Part shown: positions 58,552-64,000 of the stretch, piece after piece
Layout of the letters: each line of letters starts with the position of its first letter
Numbering within the stretch: the first letter of the stretch is position 1
NCBI GenBank assembly: GCA_965644265.1
Contig: OZ286470.1
Span: 29,264,001 to 29,328,000, forward strand
Length of the DNA stretch: 64,000 nt
Source of the DNA: Glycera tridactyla
Lineage: Eukaryota
Direction: 5' to 3'
Made by a program: the position numbers and the translations under genes
The notes under the pieces: generated by a model
Databases searched by the model: none
Told to the model about the DNA's origin: nothing
The model's input: the letters and a program-made list of their open reading frames with translations, nothing else

Positions 58552-61500
58552 TATTGGTAGTCACAGACCCGTGACTGGTTGTCGTGGCAACAAAATTCGG
58601 TTAAACCATGATTTTATTCCACCAAGGCCTGGTGCACTTCCAATACAGCATCAGTTCGTCCATATTTGGTATTGATATATACGTCTCATCAAGCCTGACA
58701 ATATGACATTTGCACAATTGTCAGTTAGGTGATATATCTCTCGTAGAATCTGCTCATGTGGTGCAAAGAGATAAATTCAAGGTTGAATTTCATACTTGAA
58801 TTGTATTTCATAATTTCCGAGGCCAAATGAAAAATTGTGCCAATAGAGTGATCGAGTGTAGTGATTAATGAATTGATTGGCAAATAATCTGACCCTCTGT
58901 AACATGAATTTGTGTTGCGCTAGTCCAAAATGACCTGAAATCGAATTGAGCACTTATCTTCATCTAAACCAAGAACAAGCAGATAAAAAGCTTTGAAGTA
59001 ACATCACGAAAAGCATGCATAAACAAAATCCGACCGTGTGCCCACTTGCCCGCATTGAAATTTCAGATTGGCTTGTAATAGCTCGTGTGAATGATATACT
59101 TTGATGAGGAACTGCGATGATATTGGTAGTTTTCATCAATGTCTAAGTTCTTGTGAGCCTGATAAATTGAGGTTGTGGCAGAAGTCAAGGAGCCTGGGCA
59201 ATTATTCATCATAAATCACACAAAAATGATTGAGTATCCATCAGCCCTGACAGGTAATTAGTTGCCTTGAGATGTCCCTTCCACCTCACATACTGATATT
59301 TGTCAGGGTTCTCTAAAGGCAATATATTCCGATCAATGCGCTGACAATATGAAACAAATGACAAATATTCGATTGTCTGATGCAGAATCACTGACAACAC
59401 CAGGATCGCTTACAATGTAAGGTGCTGAGGTGTTGAGACATTGTCTCTCAGGAAATATTTTATATTAAATGGCTATGACTTTTTGCAGGTCAGACATTCC
59501 TATCCCAGCCCACCAACCAACCTATCTGGTCACTCTGATGTGGGTAAAACCAGTTTATTCTGCCAATATGAAGCTAATGACATATATTTGAGCGTCTCAA
59601 GTCAGGGCCTAATGCAGAATCACCAGGATCGCTTACCATATAGGATGTTCAGGTGTGGAGACTTTGCCTGTCAGAGAACTGTACATTACATGATTGTGAA
59701 TTTTTGCAGGTTAGACTTTCATATTCCAGCCCCCGCCAACCAACCATTTTCGGTCACTATAATGTTGGTTTTAGTGCTTGTATTGATCGATCCGGTTTCA
59801 GTTGCATCAGGGTCTACCATCGTTCATCGACCATAGTCATCGGACTACCACATTAGAATGCCTGCCAACAACTTCCAGCTCCATTCAATTCAAAATGAAT
59901 ATGCAAAGGGATGCACGAGGGCCAGGGCCATCGGGCAAGCGGGGGAATGACCACGTCAGGAATGACTGTGGTGAAAAATCGTTCCCACAACAATGACTCA
60001 GTGGACTACGAAAAGTCTATCTTCACTCCATGGCGCAGGACTGGTTATTGAACCTAGCTCCTAAAGGGCGTAGGTCGATAGAGATCCTGTGCCACTCCTT
60101 GGCGCCAGTGCTAAAATACCTGACCCGGATTGAAGAACCCACCCGTTAGCACTGGACAACCACTCAGTCATTGTTGAACTTTTCGAAAACTGACGAAACC
60201 TGCCCAGTTATCCGCTTTATGTAGTCTATGCTAGCACTGGCGCCAAGGAGTGGCGTAAGAGTACAAATAGGTCTGGGTGGTGAGTACTGATAGGTCTGGG
60301 CAGTGCTCGAAGGTCAAATATGGTTTCCGTAGTTTCTTTGACATTAGTGGCAATTATGGTCTGTCTTGATATAGCTTCAGTATGTACAGCTCATGCTCAC
60401 TGATTGATATGCAGTCATGCTCAGTCAAATAATCCCTTTTCAGAACAAAGTGTTGAGTGATCAGCATAGTTGAATTGCAAAATGGCTGATAACTAACACG
60501 GACATTAACCACGCTCATCGGAACTTAATGGATATCTCCCTACATGGAATGATCTAAGCCATAAAATCGAAGGTACTGTTTATTAATGATGATGTGATCC
60601 TATTGGCATGAAAGCGGGAGAATTACTAATAGTATAGAGCATAGTATAAGAACAGAAACTTTTTGAGCGAAAAAAGGCAAGGTCGATGGACAGCAGTATG
60701 GCGACACCCCTGACCTCGGCCACACAGCGCAGGAAATACGATGCTATGAGTACAGTTGATAACGAATTCGAATTAGAGGATAAGCGTTTGAAAGAAAAAC
60801 CGGTGACACCCCCATCGAATTGTGAATTAACGTACGATACTATAGAGGATAGTATTGTGAATTTTGATGGGAGTGAAGCGAGTGCAATGTCAACTCAAGA
60901 AAACTACGAGAAACTGACAACAGAAAGCATGTCGATAGAGGATTCTAGCCATATTGGATCTCTTGCGGTCACCAGTGACGAGGATACGTTATATAATGAG
61001 TCAACCGATAGCGAAAGCGGCAAGGAAGCGGCTGGAGTAAATGACCTTACAGAACAACTAGCAACCAGGCGTGAAGACCATAATAAACACGCAGTCGAGG
61101 ACACACCTTTAATCTGCCAAGAATCTGAGGCGGACTTAGAGGTGAACATTGTAGAAGTCAATAGGCAGTTGGTGAAAGACTTAAAAGGAGTAGCAAATAC
61201 AATCGATCAAAAAAGGTCCTTAGAAGATTACCGGCAAGAAGTGCCAGTCCCAGTGACAAAAGGAAAAATCGATGAAAAAAGGCGAGAACAGACCTGCGTG
61301 ATCAGTAGGTCAGAATTAAAGAAGATGATAGACGATCGTGTAAAAATAGCAATTGCAGATACAATAATCCCAGCCGGTACAGAACGTAATGACCTGGAAT
61401 CAATTACAGGGCAATATATGAATAGACATGCTAAATCTTACATTGAGGACAACTTAAAAGGCCAGTTCGAGCAATTTGAAAGGATAAATAGGATGGCTAT

Positions 61501-64000
61501 GTATGCCTATGTTGAGGATTCAGTGCAGGGATCGATGCAGCAGTGCAAGGAGGATTTGTTGAAAAAAACAGCAGCAAATTGTTGATACGGTGGAAGACCA
61601 ACAAGTACAGATGAAAACACTTGAAAAGAGGCTAACTGACGTGTCACTGGACATCAGACAAGATCTTGACCAATTGAAGGCAGAAAATATGATTCCACAG
61701 ACAAGTGACTATAATGACAGTACCATAAAGCAGGATATTCTGGAATTACGGAAAGACATCATGGATATGGCCGAGGTGATTGGAGATCATGACTATAGAA
61801 TTGATAGAGGGGAAGTCAATGTAGACACACTGCAGAAAATCGAGAGGCTGAGTGTGGTAGTACTTGATGGGCTGCCTGTTGTGAGAGACAAAACACTACA
61901 TGAACAAGTCATATATTTCATAGATCCGAAGAAGGGACTGAAACTGACAGTACATGATGTGTGTCAAGTCATGAGATACGGTCCTACCTATGAAGACAAA
62001 CCAAGATCAATTAAGATTAGATTCTGTAACCCAGACAATAGACGTCTTGTACTGAAACTGAAACAAAAACTAAGGGGTACAAAATTTTTTCTATGTGAGC
62101 ATTTAACACCGTGGGAAAGTGATCTGTTTTCAAAGGCAAAAGAGGCAAAAAAGAAGGGAGAATTGACACAAGTGTGGACACAGGATGGGAGGGTGTGCGT
62201 ATCTCATGGGAGGGACAAAACTAGATATTACATAAATAATGAAAAATCACTCTTTGAGGCAATAAAGAAAAAAGGGGGAGGAGGTGATGATAAGGAAGAT
62301 AAAAACCTGACTACAGGTATTGGGGGATGTCCAGAAAACGACACCAGACATGAATGCTCCCAGTGTGATATCATCATTGACTACCTCGCCGGGGACGGTC
62401 CCCTCACCTAAACCGTTGAAGGACGTAGATGGAACTGAAGCAAAATTACCTCCTGGTCATGATTCGAACATCATGGCACAAGGAGATACTGTGGATAAAC
62501 TGAAGAATACGTCAATGAAATTGCAAGATATTAGACAACTTATGAAATCGAAAGAATCAAAATTTTTCGGAAGTAGATTATCGAAACCGGATGAGGGCAG
62601 ATTGAATGATTTCCCTCCGTTGGGAGGACAAAGTAAAACACGCCCGTATAGCGGTCATAGGAAACAGTTGACACAACGCGGTAACAAATCGAACAGTGCG
62701 AGAGGAGGGAGAACCAAATAGCGGCCATTTGTAACTTCATGTGGCGACTTCTTCTACAGTTAATATTCGTTATTATGACTTCGCAATCGTCCTATATTGC
62801 TCAGTGGAGATGGAATGATGCCCAACTTGGCTTCAAGAATGAGGTGAGTTGAAATACTAGCTGAAATAATTCGGTATGATGTAATCGGCAGTATACTTCA
62901 TGACGCTCCACGTGAAACTAGAATCGTAGTATGTTCATTCAAGTAAGACCACCTCGGACAACCAGTGTAGCGCGCTCAGTCGAATAAGACTGTGTCTTCA
63001 CTTGAAAAATATATTATAATTGCCCACGTGTTTTTGATGAAATTTACTGCATATAAAGATTTATCCCCTCTCATACTGCAGAAATGTACTGAAATGAATA
63101 AAAAGTAATCACATACATGTCTGTTTGAAGTGGAAACCTGAATTGGCGAAGAGAATTGCAGAAGATCGAGTTGAATTGAATGAAGAAACTTGTCCGGTAC
63201 ACAGACGACGAAATTTGGTTGATACATACGGTACCCCGGATGTAATAGTCATGGGGAGCAGTCATGTCTGGAGGTTGGGGAAATTCATTAGATCAACCCT
63301 AGACCCAAATTCAAGACTCAAAACTGTATTGAATACTGAATTTCGTGGGATAAGTGGTGGATCATGGGAAAATTTTGTGGGAGAGATTCAGGGAGATTTC
63401 AAGAACACAAGGCAGGGCTTGAAGAAAAAAAGACTGTACGGCAACAAGCTACGAGACTTGAAAGAAAACTATGTCTATCCAAATTATATTATATTCGTAC
63501 TGGGCTCAAACGATGTGGACAGACTGAATACGAGGATCAAATCTTTGACATATAAGATCAGGGATCTCGGGGTGAGAAACAGACTGATCTGAGAGGCCAG
63601 AAATGAGGAATTCGTGAAAATCACAGGTGTAATAAACAGAACACAGATGTTCATAAGAAGTCATTACCCATTGTGCACTTTCTTCCATATACCAATATTC
63701 TGGAGACCAGGTTGGTGTGATGATACACGCATGTTGGCACTATGGGTAGACAATTATCTAAGAAGACACATCATGCATCGTACAAGATCTATCCACACAC
63801 AATGTCTCTTTGTGAAACAGCACAAGACACCTTCAAGAGTTGGGCGACTCGGCACAGCTAGAAAACAACGAAAAAGAGCATGGAACCATGGGGACCTACT
63901 AATGGGAATGCTGTACTCAGATCATGTTCATTTGAATGACTTGGGTCATATGGGTGTATGTATCTCGGTTACAGGACAGATTTTTGATGATTGGTATACG
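58552..64000 (+). repeat. 9971-bp duplication, copy 2 (= 48581-54029; runs off window)
   Basis: Sequence resumes at TATTGGTAGTCACAGACCC; one C/T difference noticed (51077 vs 61048). Confidence 0.93.
60469..64000 (+). mobile_element. Second copy of the LINE 5' part (ORF1 60686-62721, esterase ORF from 63125, cut by window end)
   Basis: Translations identical to the first copy, including frameshifts and the internal TGA. Confidence 0.88.

Overview
Eukaryotic (animal, probably marine invertebrate; inferred from GT-AG splice signals and the transposon types) repeat-rich window. No prokaryotic operons, rRNA or CRISPR. The backbone is a tandem array of a ~12-14 kb segmental unit: A 494-18735, A' 18732-39158 followed by a 1.58 kb piece 39159-40730, and A'' 40731-50497 (interrupted); 1-493 is the tail of a previous unit. 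The unit carries a two-coding-exon gene the ORF track does not assemble: signal peptide plus a small Cys-rich PAN/WSC-like domain, spliced to a LamG/ConA-like lectin-domain terminal exon (315 aa; complete at 38317-38638 + 39890-40515). Each unit also holds a minimal hammerhead-ribozyme-like motif, a Tc1/mariner-type MITE, 90-bp and 62-bp minisatellites and an identical 132-N block. Each paralogue has its own insertion, so the empty sites are visible in the others. A has a 6.0 kb non-coding TGTAA...TTACA element with a 4-bp TSD. A' has a structurally complete 8.5 kb DIRS1-type tyrosine-recombinase retrotransposon integrated at a shared GGATCT core. A'' has a Helentron-like non-autonomous element and a decayed CR1/L2-group LINE with an extra stand-alone SGNH esterase ORF. 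58552-64000 is a near-identical re-duplication of 48581-54029 (period 9971 bp). All domain calls are by-eye motif recognition; no database searches were run.
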